A stretch of DNA of 64,000 nt from Bacteroidales bacterium (GTDB lineage Bacteria > Bacteroidota > Bacteroidia > Bacteroidales > UBA3663): contig JAFZBE010000067.1 of the NCBI GenBank assembly GCA_017561935.1, forward strand, positions 2,752 through 66,751, written 5' to 3'. A model generated the notes under the pieces. The model worked only from the letters and a program-made list of their open reading frames with translations, was not told the DNA's origin and made no database searches. The position numbers and the translations under genes are program-made. Of this stretch, positions 34,354 through 42,889 are shown one piece after another. Each line of letters begins with the position of its first letter. The stretch's first letter is position 1.

Positions 34354-34603
34354 CTTTTGCCTTAATAATTAATTACACATACAATTTGCTATTCACTAAT
34401 TAAGAGTAATAACCTTTATATTGATTTATAAAAATCTATATGTTTCTAAATCTCGCTGCAAAGATAAGGGTATTTTCGTAAGTGACCAAACGTTTTTGTA
34501 ACAACAATCTTTTATATTGTTCCATCACTTCCAAAGACCATATTTCTAGCAATATTTTGCGATTTTAGCCCCTGTTTTGAGCAAAAAAAACTCGAGACAA
34601 CAT

Positions 34604-34678
34604 AAAAAAATCGCGGGCTGTCTCCCGACAGCCCACAATCACAAAATCATTCACTTATTGTTACCATTTATTGCCTTA
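34604..34678 (-). ncRNA. Candidate ~75-nt small RNA defined by an orphan promoter and a strong intrinsic terminator
   Basis: Minus-strand TATCTTTG box at 34684-34691. About 45 nt further on lies the hairpin GGGCTGTC-GGGA-GACAGCCC (34615-34634), followed on the minus strand by GCGATTTTTTT. No credible ORF is present. Confidence 0.4.
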
Positions 34679-34995
34679 TGGTGCAAAGATATATCATTTC
34701 CCAATACACTCCAAATATTATTGGCTCATTTTTCCTATTTCATAACGAATCGCCCATTTTTCCCTATTAAAATTTTTGATTGTGTACCAATAAGTATAAA
34801 AAACAGGCATTATAGAGTCTTATCTTGCTCTATTCAGAGTATAGGACTATCAAACTGCGGAAACTGCAATACGAGAACCTCTCTCATGCCTTCCTTTATG
34901 CATAGATTGGATACTATGCATGACAATCTCGGCAGTTAAGTCATCAGAATAATAGAAAAACTGACAAAGAAGACCATAATTTCAAAAAAACTCTC

Positions 34996-35003
34996 TATAT
35001 TTG
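34996..35003 (+). promoter_or_regulatory. -7 promoter box TATATTTG for the aminotransferase-licC-licD operon
   Basis: 57 nt upstream of ATG 35060. Confidence 0.5.
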
Positions 35004-35059
35004 TAAACTTTTATTACATAAATACTTCATCCGAAAACAATTATCCTATTGCATACGCT

Positions 35060-36097
35060 ATGATTTTTTTAGATCGCAATGAATTCAATTTCAAGCCTTC
35101 GCAGAAGGTGATTGATGCTGTAAAGAACTTTTCACCCGAGGATCTATGCTTCTACACCCGCATCTACGACCAAGGCAAGAAGAGTGTCGTTTCGGTTCGC
35201 CTTAGCGAGATCTATGGTGTTCCCGAGTCGCAGGTACTGTTGGGTTATGGCGGCGAGGACATCCTCAAGAACGTCGTCCACTATTATCTCACCAAGGATG
35301 ACAACCGCTCCATTCTCATACCCGAGTTCTCGTGGTGGTACTACAACCGCATCGCCAGCGAATGTGGAGGCGAAACCCATATGTATCCCCTCCACGAAAT
35401 GGATGACACCTTCGCCTACGATGTGGACGAAGTGATTGACTATACGTGCCGTGTTCATCCACGCATGCTCCTCATCGCTTCGCCCAACAATCCCACCGGC
35501 AACAGTCTGACCCCCGATGAAATCACGCGCATCATGGAGAACATCCCCTCCGACACCATGGTGCTCATCGACGAAGCATACGCATCGTTTATCTCTGCCG
35601 ACACCCATTATATAGCCCCATTGGTCGAGAAACATAGCAACCTTATCATCTCGCGTACTCTCTCGAAATTCTATGGGCTTCCCGGTTTGCGCATGGGCTT
35701 CGGCTTCATGGGCAAGGGACACGATGGATTCCTCAACTATGCCAACAAATATCTCGGTTATAACCGTTTCTCGGAGGCTGTGGCACTTGCTGCACTCGAA
35801 AGCGACGAGCATTATCGCGACGTAGCCAATCAGATGCAGTGGGACCGCGATCTCTTCAAGAAGGAACTAGGCGACCTTCCCGGCTTCAAGGTATATAAGT
35901 CTGTAGCCAACTTCATTCTCATCAAATATCCTATTGAAATCAAAGAGGCACTCCAAGAAGCTCTTCGCGTGCAGGAATACAAGATCAAGTTCATGTCCGA
36001 CAAGGGTCTTGAATCCTGCCTCCGCATCACATTGGGCCGTCCTGAGCAAATACAAGTGGTTGTCGATACAATCAAAAAAGTATATCTATCTAGATGA
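35060..36097 (+). CDS. PLP-dependent class I/II aminotransferase, HisC/CobD-like
   Basis: 345 aa. PLP-lysine motif IISRTLSKFYGLPGLRMGFG. SPNNPTGN motif. The stop overlaps the next start (ATGA). Confidence 0.85.
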   Translation: MIFLDRNEFNFKPSQKVIDAVKNFSPEDLCFYTRIYDQGKKSVVSVRLSEIYGVPESQVLLGYGGEDILKNVVHYYLTKDDNRSILIPEFSWWYYNRIASECGGETHMYPLHEMDDTFAYDVDEVIDYTCRVHPRMLLIASPNNPTGNSLTPDEITRIMENIPSDTMVLIDEAYASFISADTHYIAPLVEKHSNLIISRTLSKFYGLPGLRMGFGFMGKGHDGFLNYANKYLGYNRFSEAVALAALESDEHYRDVANQMQWDRDLFKKELGDLPGFKVYKSVANFILIKYPIEIKEALQEALRVQEYKIKFMSDKGLESCLRITLGRPEQIQVVVDTIKKVYLSR

Positions 36098-36855
36098 AAG
36101 CCCTTATCCTTGCTGCCGGCACAGCTTCACGCCTGCGCCCATTGACCAACGATACACCCAAGTGCCTCCTTCAAGTGGGTCAACGCTCCTTGCTCCAACG
36201 TTCAATGGATGCGCTGATTCAAAACGGTATTCGCCAGTTTGTCATCGTCACGGGTTACCTACACGAGAAGATTGAGCAATTTGTGAGTCAACAGTATGGC
36301 GACAGCATCCATGTCTCCTTTATCCAAAACAACATCTTTGCTTCGACCAATAACATTTACTCTCTCTGGTTGGCACGCCCTTCTGTCGAAGGTGAAGATG
36401 TGCTGTTACTCGACAGCGACCTGCTCTACGACCCGCAAATCATCACGCGCATCCTTGCCGAAGATGCTCCCAACGTCCTCACGCTCATTCGTCATCCGTT
36501 AGGCGAAGAGGAGATGAAGGTGGTTACCGCCTCCAGCCGCAACCATGCCAAGGGAGTAACTACCGACACCATCCTTGAGATCAGCAAGACCTGTAATCCC
36601 GATGAGGCTGCAGGCGAGAGTCTCGGCATAGAAAAGATGTGTCCTGCCTACAGTCGTAGCCTCTACTCCGAACTCGACAAGATGATGAACCAGGAACATC
36701 TCGAGAACAAGTTCTATGAACTCGCCTTCGAGCGTCTCATTCCTCAAGGACATACATTCAGCGTGCTCGACGTTACTGATCTCTTCAGTTGCGAACTCGA
36801 CACTGTCGAGGACTTCGAGAATGCCAAACAAAAGATCCCCGCATCGCTCTATTGA
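36094..36855 (+). CDS. LicC-like sugar/alcohol-phosphate nucleotidyl(cytidylyl)transferase
   Basis: MKALILAAGTASRLRPLTNDTPKCLL (GxGxRL nucleotide-binding signature), 253 aa. Confidence 0.8.
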   Translation: MKALILAAGTASRLRPLTNDTPKCLLQVGQRSLLQRSMDALIQNGIRQFVIVTGYLHEKIEQFVSQQYGDSIHVSFIQNNIFASTNNIYSLWLARPSVEGEDVLLLDSDLLYDPQIITRILAEDAPNVLTLIRHPLGEEEMKVVTASSRNHAKGVTTDTILEISKTCNPDEAAGESLGIEKMCPAYSRSLYSELDKMMNQEHLENKFYELAFERLIPQGHTFSVLDVTDLFSCELDTVEDFENAKQKIPASLY

Positions 36856-36856
36856 T

Positions 36857-37681
36857 ATGGCCACTTACGACATTCGTCCCCTGCAGTTACGTATCCTGCG
36901 CATACTCCTCGCTGTCCAACAGGTCTGCGAGGAGCATCACCTGCGCTATTTCATTATCGCTGGTACGCTCCTTGGGGCAGTGCGTCACAAAGGGTTCATC
37001 CCCTGGGACGACGACCTCGACATAGCCATGCCGCGTCGCGACTATGATCTGTTGTGCAAGCATGCCAACGAGTGGCTCCCCGCTCCCTACGAGATGGTGA
37101 GCTTCGAGACCGATCCCGAAAACTATCCCCTCCCCTTCGCCAAGATACAGGATGCCAGCACCACGCTCATCGAACGTATGCACCTCAAATACCTTGGTGG
37201 CATCTATATTGACCTCTTCCCCCTCGACGGCATGCCCAAGAGCGGATGGCTCCGTCGTCTCCATTTTATGCGCTACGAATGGTATAAGCGTGCCCTCTAC
37301 CTTGTGCATCGCGACCCCTACAAGCATGGCCACGGGCCGTCAAGCTGGGTTCCACTACTCTGTCGTAAGCTATACACAATGCAGGAGATACAACATAAAT
37401 TGAGCCAATTGCAGCACCAATGGGACTATGATACCAGCGATTACGTGGTCGATCATGACGACGGACTGAAAGGAGTAATGGCGAAGTCCATCTTGGGCAA
37501 ACCAACTCCAATCCCCTTCGAGGATGCAATAGTCTGGGGCGTCGAGCATCCTCACGAATATCTTTCGCAAAAATATGGCGAATATATGGTGATTCCCGAT
37601 GGTGACCATCAGCGCCAGCACAACTTTCACCTCCTTGACCTCGACGTGCCCTATCGGGAGTATTCTCAAGGAAAACAATAA
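36857..37681 (+). CDS. licD: LicD-family phosphotransferase (phosphocholine/phospho-alcohol transferase to glycans)
   Basis: Start set at ATG 36857. MATYDIRPLQLRILRILLAVQQVCEEHHLRYFIIAGTLLGAVRHKGFIPWDDDLDIAMPRRDYD is the canonical LicD N-terminal region. Confidence 0.85.
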   Translation: MATYDIRPLQLRILRILLAVQQVCEEHHLRYFIIAGTLLGAVRHKGFIPWDDDLDIAMPRRDYDLLCKHANEWLPAPYEMVSFETDPENYPLPFAKIQDASTTLIERMHLKYLGGIYIDLFPLDGMPKSGWLRRLHFMRYEWYKRALYLVHRDPYKHGHGPSSWVPLLCRKLYTMQEIQHKLSQLQHQWDYDTSDYVVDHDDGLKGVMAKSILGKPTPIPFEDAIVWGVEHPHEYLSQKYGEYMVIPDGDHQRQHNFHLLDLDVPYREYSQGKQ

Positions 37682-37739
37682 TCCCTATCGGCATTTTCAA
37701 ACATATCCCGATTTTTTAAACATTTAATACCAAAATTTT

Positions 37740-38114
37740 ATGAGCAACGTAAACGAAATTTTCAAATGCAAGGAATGCGGCCTGATGGTAGAAGTTGTTA
37801 TCGCAGGTGATTGCGCTCCCGAATGCTGTGGCAAACCCATGCAGCTACTCAAAGAGAACACTACCGACGGTGCCAAGGAAAAACATGTCCCCGTGGTAGA
37901 GAAGACCAGCGAAGGTTTTCGTGTCAGAGTAGGTTCCGTGGATCATCCGATGACCGAGGCTCACTATATTCAGTGGATCGAACTCGTCACCGAGAACGGA
38001 GTACTTCGCCAACACCTTACTCCACAAGACCAACCTGTTGCTGAATTCAAGACCGATGCCAAGGTAGTTTATGCACGCGAATTCTGTAATCTTCACGGAC
38101 TTTGGAAATCCTGA
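37740..38114 (+). CDS. dfx: Desulfoferrodoxin (class I superoxide reductase)
   Basis: N-terminal desulforedoxin-like CKECG...CC. The neelaredoxin domain has EKHVPV, ...HPMTEAHYIQWIEL and CNLHGLW. Confidence 0.93.
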   Translation: MSNVNEIFKCKECGLMVEVVIAGDCAPECCGKPMQLLKENTTDGAKEKHVPVVEKTSEGFRVRVGSVDHPMTEAHYIQWIELVTENGVLRQHLTPQDQPVAEFKTDAKVVYAREFCNLHGLWKS

Positions 38115-38192
38115 TTCTTCACTCGAATCATCTCTCCTGTCATCAATCCTGAACAATACGGATTATGGTTTGAACCATAACTGAACACCAAA

Positions 38193-38225
38193 ATGAAGCC
38201 TGGACAAACAATGCCCAGGCTTCAT
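38193..38225. terminator. Bidirectional terminator between dfx and the GH9-like gene
   Basis: ATGAAGCCTGG-acaaacaatgc-CCAGGCTTCAT, followed by ATTTAT. Confidence 0.75.
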
Positions 38226-38246
38226 ATTTATCTATGACTTCTCTTA

Positions 38247-40598
38247 TTAACGAATACTGTAGAGATATGCGAGGAGCATCATCTTACCACGCATGGTCTC
38301 ACGCGGTGTGAATTCGCCATTCACCCACATATATCGCTGATTGAAATAGGACTCCTGGCGAGGCCAGTTTTCTGCCCACGAAGGATAACAGCGATTGAGC
38401 AGAATACGAGCATCACCACCATTATCGGGCGACCACACTTCAGTTCCGTTGAACGGTGTTTGACCAGGATGGCTCTCTGGCGTACCATCGTTTCGTCCGG
38501 TAGTATAGACATCGGTGAGGTGACGCTGACCTAAGCCTGTCATTTCGACGATGTTTCCAGGATTGCGGCCCAATGCCCATCCAGCCTCTAGATAGAGTGC
38601 ACGTTCGAGTTGCTGACGACGGGTCTTGGTATTGGCAATATAGTGTGCAAGGACAACAAGGTGCAGGTTCTGCGAAGTCTGCCAGCGGGCATCGTTGGCG
38701 GCACGACGTGAGGGACGCTGATCGACGAAACCGACGTTATAGGCATCGGCATGATGATCGACACTGGACTTCATGTTGGCATAAAGTTCGGGATAATGAC
38801 GCTCTCGCGGACAACAGAGATAAGCAGCTGTGGCATAGTATTGGAAATAGCCCACTTCACCTGCCCCGAAGACGTTTGTGACATTCGCCTCAAAGAATCC
38901 CTGACGCCCCTTGTTGAAGAGTGGAGTATTGTCGGTCTTGATCATGCTTTCGGCGGCCATGATGTCCTCCCATTCGCGCTCCCCCGTGACGTTATAGAGG
39001 AAAGCAGCTGCCATCTGACGGAAGTCACGCCCACGCATACTGATACTGCCGATGTCTTGCTTGTCATCGAGCTGCGAATTCTCCTGTCGCGATGCATAGC
39101 GGAACGCCTTGATAGCTTCTTGGGTGTAATAGCTGCAAAGAGAATCGTTGCCCTGAATACGAAATGCCTCAGCGGTTATTGCACAGTTGGCTGCATTGGC
39201 CCAAGCTGCCATCGTAGTACAACCGGCCTGGAACATGATGGTCCATTCAGAGGAAGGGTTAGTGACACCTTGGGAGTAAGCTTCGCCGTCGCGAATGCTC
39301 AAGAAGAAATCCACCTCGTTGCGAGCCTCATCGATGAGATCAGGCAAACCGTTGCCACTTTCACGAATACCGAGGTTGTCTTCCGAAAGCCGTCCATTTG
39401 TAAGGATATAGGGCAACAGCATGTCGTAGATGTTGGAAACATGGGCAAGGTGACGATCCCAGTCAAACGCATCGGAATGACCACCCTTGACATCTACGTT
39501 CACAGGATTGCCTGGCAGACGATGCTTCCAGAAGATAGAGGTAAGTGCAGGCTTAAAGTGCGGTTCGTCCCATACATCGGTGCGCAATGCCCTCCAGTCA
39601 GGGTCCCAAGGCTGGAAATCAGTCTTGTAAATGGTGAAGCCCTTGGGATCAACCTCGGGGATGAACTGCGGCTGACGAGGCACAGGAGTCACGTGTTCGG
39701 GGTCAATGGGTTCACCCAAACGCATGTAATAGTAACCACGTACAGAATAACGATAAGGTTGGTAATAGATATCCTGACTGATATCAAAGTCCATGCTACA
39801 TCCCACGTCCTCGACAACGAGTCGATAGCGTCCTGGTGCTGCTGTATTGAAATCAACATTCCAGACATCAGTGCCAACGAGATTCTTTCGACCGGCCTCG
39901 TTGGCCGAAGCTGTGGCAGGTAGCCAATAGCGAACGGTTCCCACCTTTTGCTTCTTCCCCGTGCAAACATTGTAAAGATACACCTTTTTGCCCTCGAACG
40001 ACTTGTAGTCACGCTGACCACCGTCGCCAAGCCACATATAGAGGTCGGCTGCTTTAACAGCTTCTGAAGGACTATAGCCCATGATATTGACATGAACAGC
40101 CTCGGACTGAGCAGTCCAGATGTCGAACTTCACTGTAGCAGTAGTTTGATCGGCACCCAAGTCTGCAGGAAAATTGACCTGATAAGAACAACCCTGACGC
40201 ATGGACTGAGGCAACTGGAGGAAGATCCAATGGTCGAGTTCTGAGGTCAGTGTGTGATCGGTGTTCATGGGTTTGCTCTTGCGATAGACTACGCGCAGCT
40301 GATGGGTTGGAAAAGTCTTGTCGTCGAGCGAAGAGACCTGCCACGAAGCAGCATGTGTCGCAATCGCCGGATCAAGACGTGGTCCAAAGACGAGCAAGGT
40401 GTCGTCGCCCTCGGCAAAGCTATGGCCAAGGTAGGCACTAGGCCCTGTGGCGTCATCACGGTAATGCACTTCTCCATCGCGGAAATGGAGCATCAGATAA
40501 TCCTTGTCAATCACCTGTATGCCGATGAACCGATTGGCCAAAGCAAAGGATGGCAACAGGAATGAAAGAAGCGAAATAAGAAATAACGTTTTTTTCAT
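38247..40598 (-). CDS. Secreted (alpha/alpha)6-type glycoside hydrolase, GH9-like
   Basis: Start set at ATG 40598 (MKKTLFLISLLSFLLPSFALA). N-terminal Ig-like region. DAFDWD resembles the GH9 DAGD motif. The C-terminal part (ALGRNPGNIVEMTGLG...GEFTPRE) resembles GH9 end motifs. The family call is tentative. Confidence 0.5.
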   Translation of the reverse strand: MKKTLFLISLLSFLLPSFALANRFIGIQVIDKDYLMLHFRDGEVHYRDDATGPSAYLGHSFAEGDDTLLVFGPRLDPAIATHAASWQVSSLDDKTFPTHQLRVVYRKSKPMNTDHTLTSELDHWIFLQLPQSMRQGCSYQVNFPADLGADQTTATVKFDIWTAQSEAVHVNIMGYSPSEAVKAADLYMWLGDGGQRDYKSFEGKKVYLYNVCTGKKQKVGTVRYWLPATASANEAGRKNLVGTDVWNVDFNTAAPGRYRLVVEDVGCSMDFDISQDIYYQPYRYSVRGYYYMRLGEPIDPEHVTPVPRQPQFIPEVDPKGFTIYKTDFQPWDPDWRALRTDVWDEPHFKPALTSIFWKHRLPGNPVNVDVKGGHSDAFDWDRHLAHVSNIYDMLLPYILTNGRLSEDNLGIRESGNGLPDLIDEARNEVDFFLSIRDGEAYSQGVTNPSSEWTIMFQAGCTTMAAWANAANCAITAEAFRIQGNDSLCSYYTQEAIKAFRYASRQENSQLDDKQDIGSISMRGRDFRQMAAAFLYNVTGEREWEDIMAAESMIKTDNTPLFNKGRQGFFEANVTNVFGAGEVGYFQYYATAAYLCCPRERHYPELYANMKSSVDHHADAYNVGFVDQRPSRRAANDARWQTSQNLHLVVLAHYIANTKTRRQQLERALYLEAGWALGRNPGNIVEMTGLGQRHLTDVYTTGRNDGTPESHPGQTPFNGTEVWSPDNGGDARILLNRCYPSWAENWPRQESYFNQRYMWVNGEFTPRETMRGKMMLLAYLYSIR

Positions 40599-40633
40599 GA
40601 AATTTGTGGTGTTACTCAGATAATGTTGATTAA

Positions 40634-41623
40634 TCAAAATGGCTCAGAGGTGACGACAAGTTTATCGCCGCTCAGATCAATTTCAAAAAGATGGGGTACG
40701 CGGATGTAGCGTCCATTCGCGTTATTGTGGCTGTGACAGCTCAGAAGAAGACGACCTTCGAAGTCACGGAATATCATGCCATGTCCAAAATTGGGAGGGG
40801 TAATAGGCTTCTCCTCCTGTACCCAAGGTCCTGCCAGAGTGCCGGATTCGGAATACGCGACACCCTGCGTATATACGTCATAGACCCACGATGTCCAAAT
40901 CATACCAAGACGTCCCGTTCCTGTACGGAATAGATAAGGGCCATCGGTAACCTTGTTGGGATGCTCACCATCCATGTCCTTCTCCTTGCTCCATGGAGAG
41001 TCCTTGGCACGGAAGAGGATGCGTGGCTCGCCCACTGTCCCGCTGAGGTCATCCTTCAATCGGATAGCCTCTATCGTTCCATTCCAGTTCTGCAGCCACT
41101 CACCACAGTAGATCATATAGGGATGGCCATCAGTATCGACCCAAAATGTTCCGTCAAGTGTAGGCTGATCGGCACGCAAGTAGGCAGGATCACCGAAAAG
41201 CCGATAGGGACCATCGGGATAATCGCTAACGAGCACTTGAGATGCGCGACGCGGAATGACATTACCACGCACCGAGTCGATACGCACTGCATTATTGGTG
41301 AATGTAGCGAAGTAATAATACTTACCCTGGTAAGGATGGAGCTCTGCGGCCCAGATCATTGGACGTGGACCCATCCACGATGTCGAATCAATATCGACCA
41401 CATTGTATGGGCCAGTCCACATCTCAAGGTCACGGCTTTTCCACAACATGCCTCCCGTGCCCGTCATATAATAAATGTGTGAGGCGGCATCAGGCAGGAT
41501 GCATGGGTCGCTGAGAATGATTGAGTCTCGAGGCACTGTGCGCACCTTCATGGGACGACGCTGACGCTGCGCTGAGGCTGTAAGCGTCAGGAACGTAAGA
41601 AATAGGATAATGAAGTGTTTCAT
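40634..41623 (-). CDS. GH43 glycoside hydrolase (arabinanase/arabinofuranosidase-like), secreted
   Basis: Signal peptide. ILSDPCILPDAASHIYYMTGTGG. IWAAELHPYQGKYYYFATF. Five-bladed-propeller-type length of 329 aa. Confidence 0.85.
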   Translation of the reverse strand: MKHFIILFLTFLTLTASAQRQRRPMKVRTVPRDSIILSDPCILPDAASHIYYMTGTGGMLWKSRDLEMWTGPYNVVDIDSTSWMGPRPMIWAAELHPYQGKYYYFATFTNNAVRIDSVRGNVIPRRASQVLVSDYPDGPYRLFGDPAYLRADQPTLDGTFWVDTDGHPYMIYCGEWLQNWNGTIEAIRLKDDLSGTVGEPRILFRAKDSPWSKEKDMDGEHPNKVTDGPYLFRTGTGRLGMIWTSWVYDVYTQGVAYSESGTLAGPWVQEEKPITPPNFGHGMIFRDFEGRLLLSCHSHNNANGRYIRVPHLFEIDLSGDKLVVTSEPF

Positions 41624-41641
41624 GTAGGTAAGTGTATATTA

Positions 41642-42541
41642 TTATTGATAAAGCGAAGCCATCTGGCTAGTGATGTCACGAAACTGTTCACGCAGCGACT
41701 TAGGGGAAAGGACCTCAATGCTGGCACCATACTCCAGAAACTTGTTGATCAGGTCGGGAGTGACCACGAGTTTATACTCAAAGATACTATAGTCGTTGTG
41801 TGTCTCAACCTCTTGCTGAGAAGCATGAAGGGGAAGAGTCCGGAAATAACTGCGCCAAAAGAGATTAACCTTAAGCCGAATGGTCTCGATAGCAGGACTA
41901 ATGACAACATATACACCAAAGTAATGGGCGAAATAGTCCTTTGATGAGAAATAGTCGGGAATCTGGAAATCCACATCCTCAAGGATGCGCAATTGAAGCA
42001 TTCGATCGAGGGCAAACAACTGCAAATGCGAACTACGATTCTTGCGTGCCAACAGATACCAACGTTGCTGGGACAGTTTTACGCAATAGGGTTCGATAAA
42101 ACATGTGTAAGGCTCGCTATCGCTGAACTTCTTGTAATCGAGTTCCATCGCCTTGCCCTTCGACATCGCTTCGATAATTGTGGGCAAGAAGAACTGACCC
42201 GAAGGTATCTCTTCCAACAAAATCCTTTCGCGTACGTTACTGCCCTCGGTTATCAGTTGGTTGACAGAATATGACGACAACATCCACTCGGTGGCCTTCA
42301 GACTGTCGTCACCTGCAATATAGTAACGATAACGATCCTTAACATCGCATTCTATTGCTACACCTAAAACATCGAGAGCCGAACTGATAGCGCGGTTCAG
42401 CTGATTGCGGGTCAGTTCTTCTCCCTTGCTCAAATCCACATTATGCATCCAGAGCTTATTCAACTCCTCTCTGCTGAGCTTTTTATAGTTCAGTAAGGTG
42501 TTCACAAGCCACATTCCATGCCGAAAACGCAGATTTTCCAT
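41642..42541 (-). CDS. WYL-domain transcriptional regulator
   Basis: N-terminal HTH-like region, then ...PYCVKLSQQRWYLLARKNRSSHLQLFALDRM, containing the WYL signature. 299 aa. Confidence 0.8.
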   Translation of the reverse strand: MENLRFRHGMWLVNTLLNYKKLSREELNKLWMHNVDLSKGEELTRNQLNRAISSALDVLGVAIECDVKDRYRYYIAGDDSLKATEWMLSSYSVNQLITEGSNVRERILLEEIPSGQFFLPTIIEAMSKGKAMELDYKKFSDSEPYTCFIEPYCVKLSQQRWYLLARKNRSSHLQLFALDRMLQLRILEDVDFQIPDYFSSKDYFAHYFGVYVVISPAIETIRLKVNLFWRSYFRTLPLHASQQEVETHNDYSIFEYKLVVTPDLINKFLEYGASIEVLSPKSLREQFRDITSQMASLYQ

Positions 42542-42604
42542 AAGAAATTTGGTGTATTAACTTTAATTAACAAAGGTGTATCAATGCTGGTAACACCCTG
42601 CTCA

Positions 42605-42612
42605 TATCTTTG
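42605..42612 (+). promoter_or_regulatory. -7 promoter box TATCTTTG for the small membrane protein gene
   Basis: 41 nt upstream of ATG 42653. Confidence 0.5.
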
Positions 42613-42652
42613 CACCGTGAAAACAAGAATATCCACACAAAACGATACAACA

Positions 42653-42889
42653 ATGAAAAAGTTTGCCATCATTTTCATCATCGCCGCCATCGTAGTTCTC
42701 GACCTCATCCTCTCGGGTATGAATGTCATTGCCGGTCTATTGCTCATCGTCGGTGTCGGTCTTTTCTCATATCTGATGGACTTGTCAAGCCGTCAGCCAC
42801 GACGCACCACAAGCATCACACGTGCTGCACGCCAGAGTCGTGAGTTGCAAAAGACCACAACAAAAGCTGAGCTCAGCGTGGCCGTCTAA
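42653..42889 (+). CDS. Small (78 aa) two-helix membrane protein with basic tail, hypothetical
   Basis: MKKFAIIFIIAAIVVLDLILSGMNVIAGLLLIVGVGLFSYLM..., positioned correctly behind a promoter box. The track start at 42518 lies upstream of that promoter. Confidence 0.5.
   Translation: MKKFAIIFIIAAIVVLDLILSGMNVIAGLLLIVGVGLFSYLMDLSSRQPRRTTSITRAARQSRELQKTTTKAELSVAV

Noticed and set aside
34577-34939. 120-aa ORF in the AT-rich gap
   Set aside because: It begins at a non-ATG codon (TTG) and reads straight through a GC-rich terminator hairpin. It has an AT-rich, low-complexity composition (Ile/Phe/Lys/His/Asn) and no recognisable fold or signal. It is most likely non-coding.
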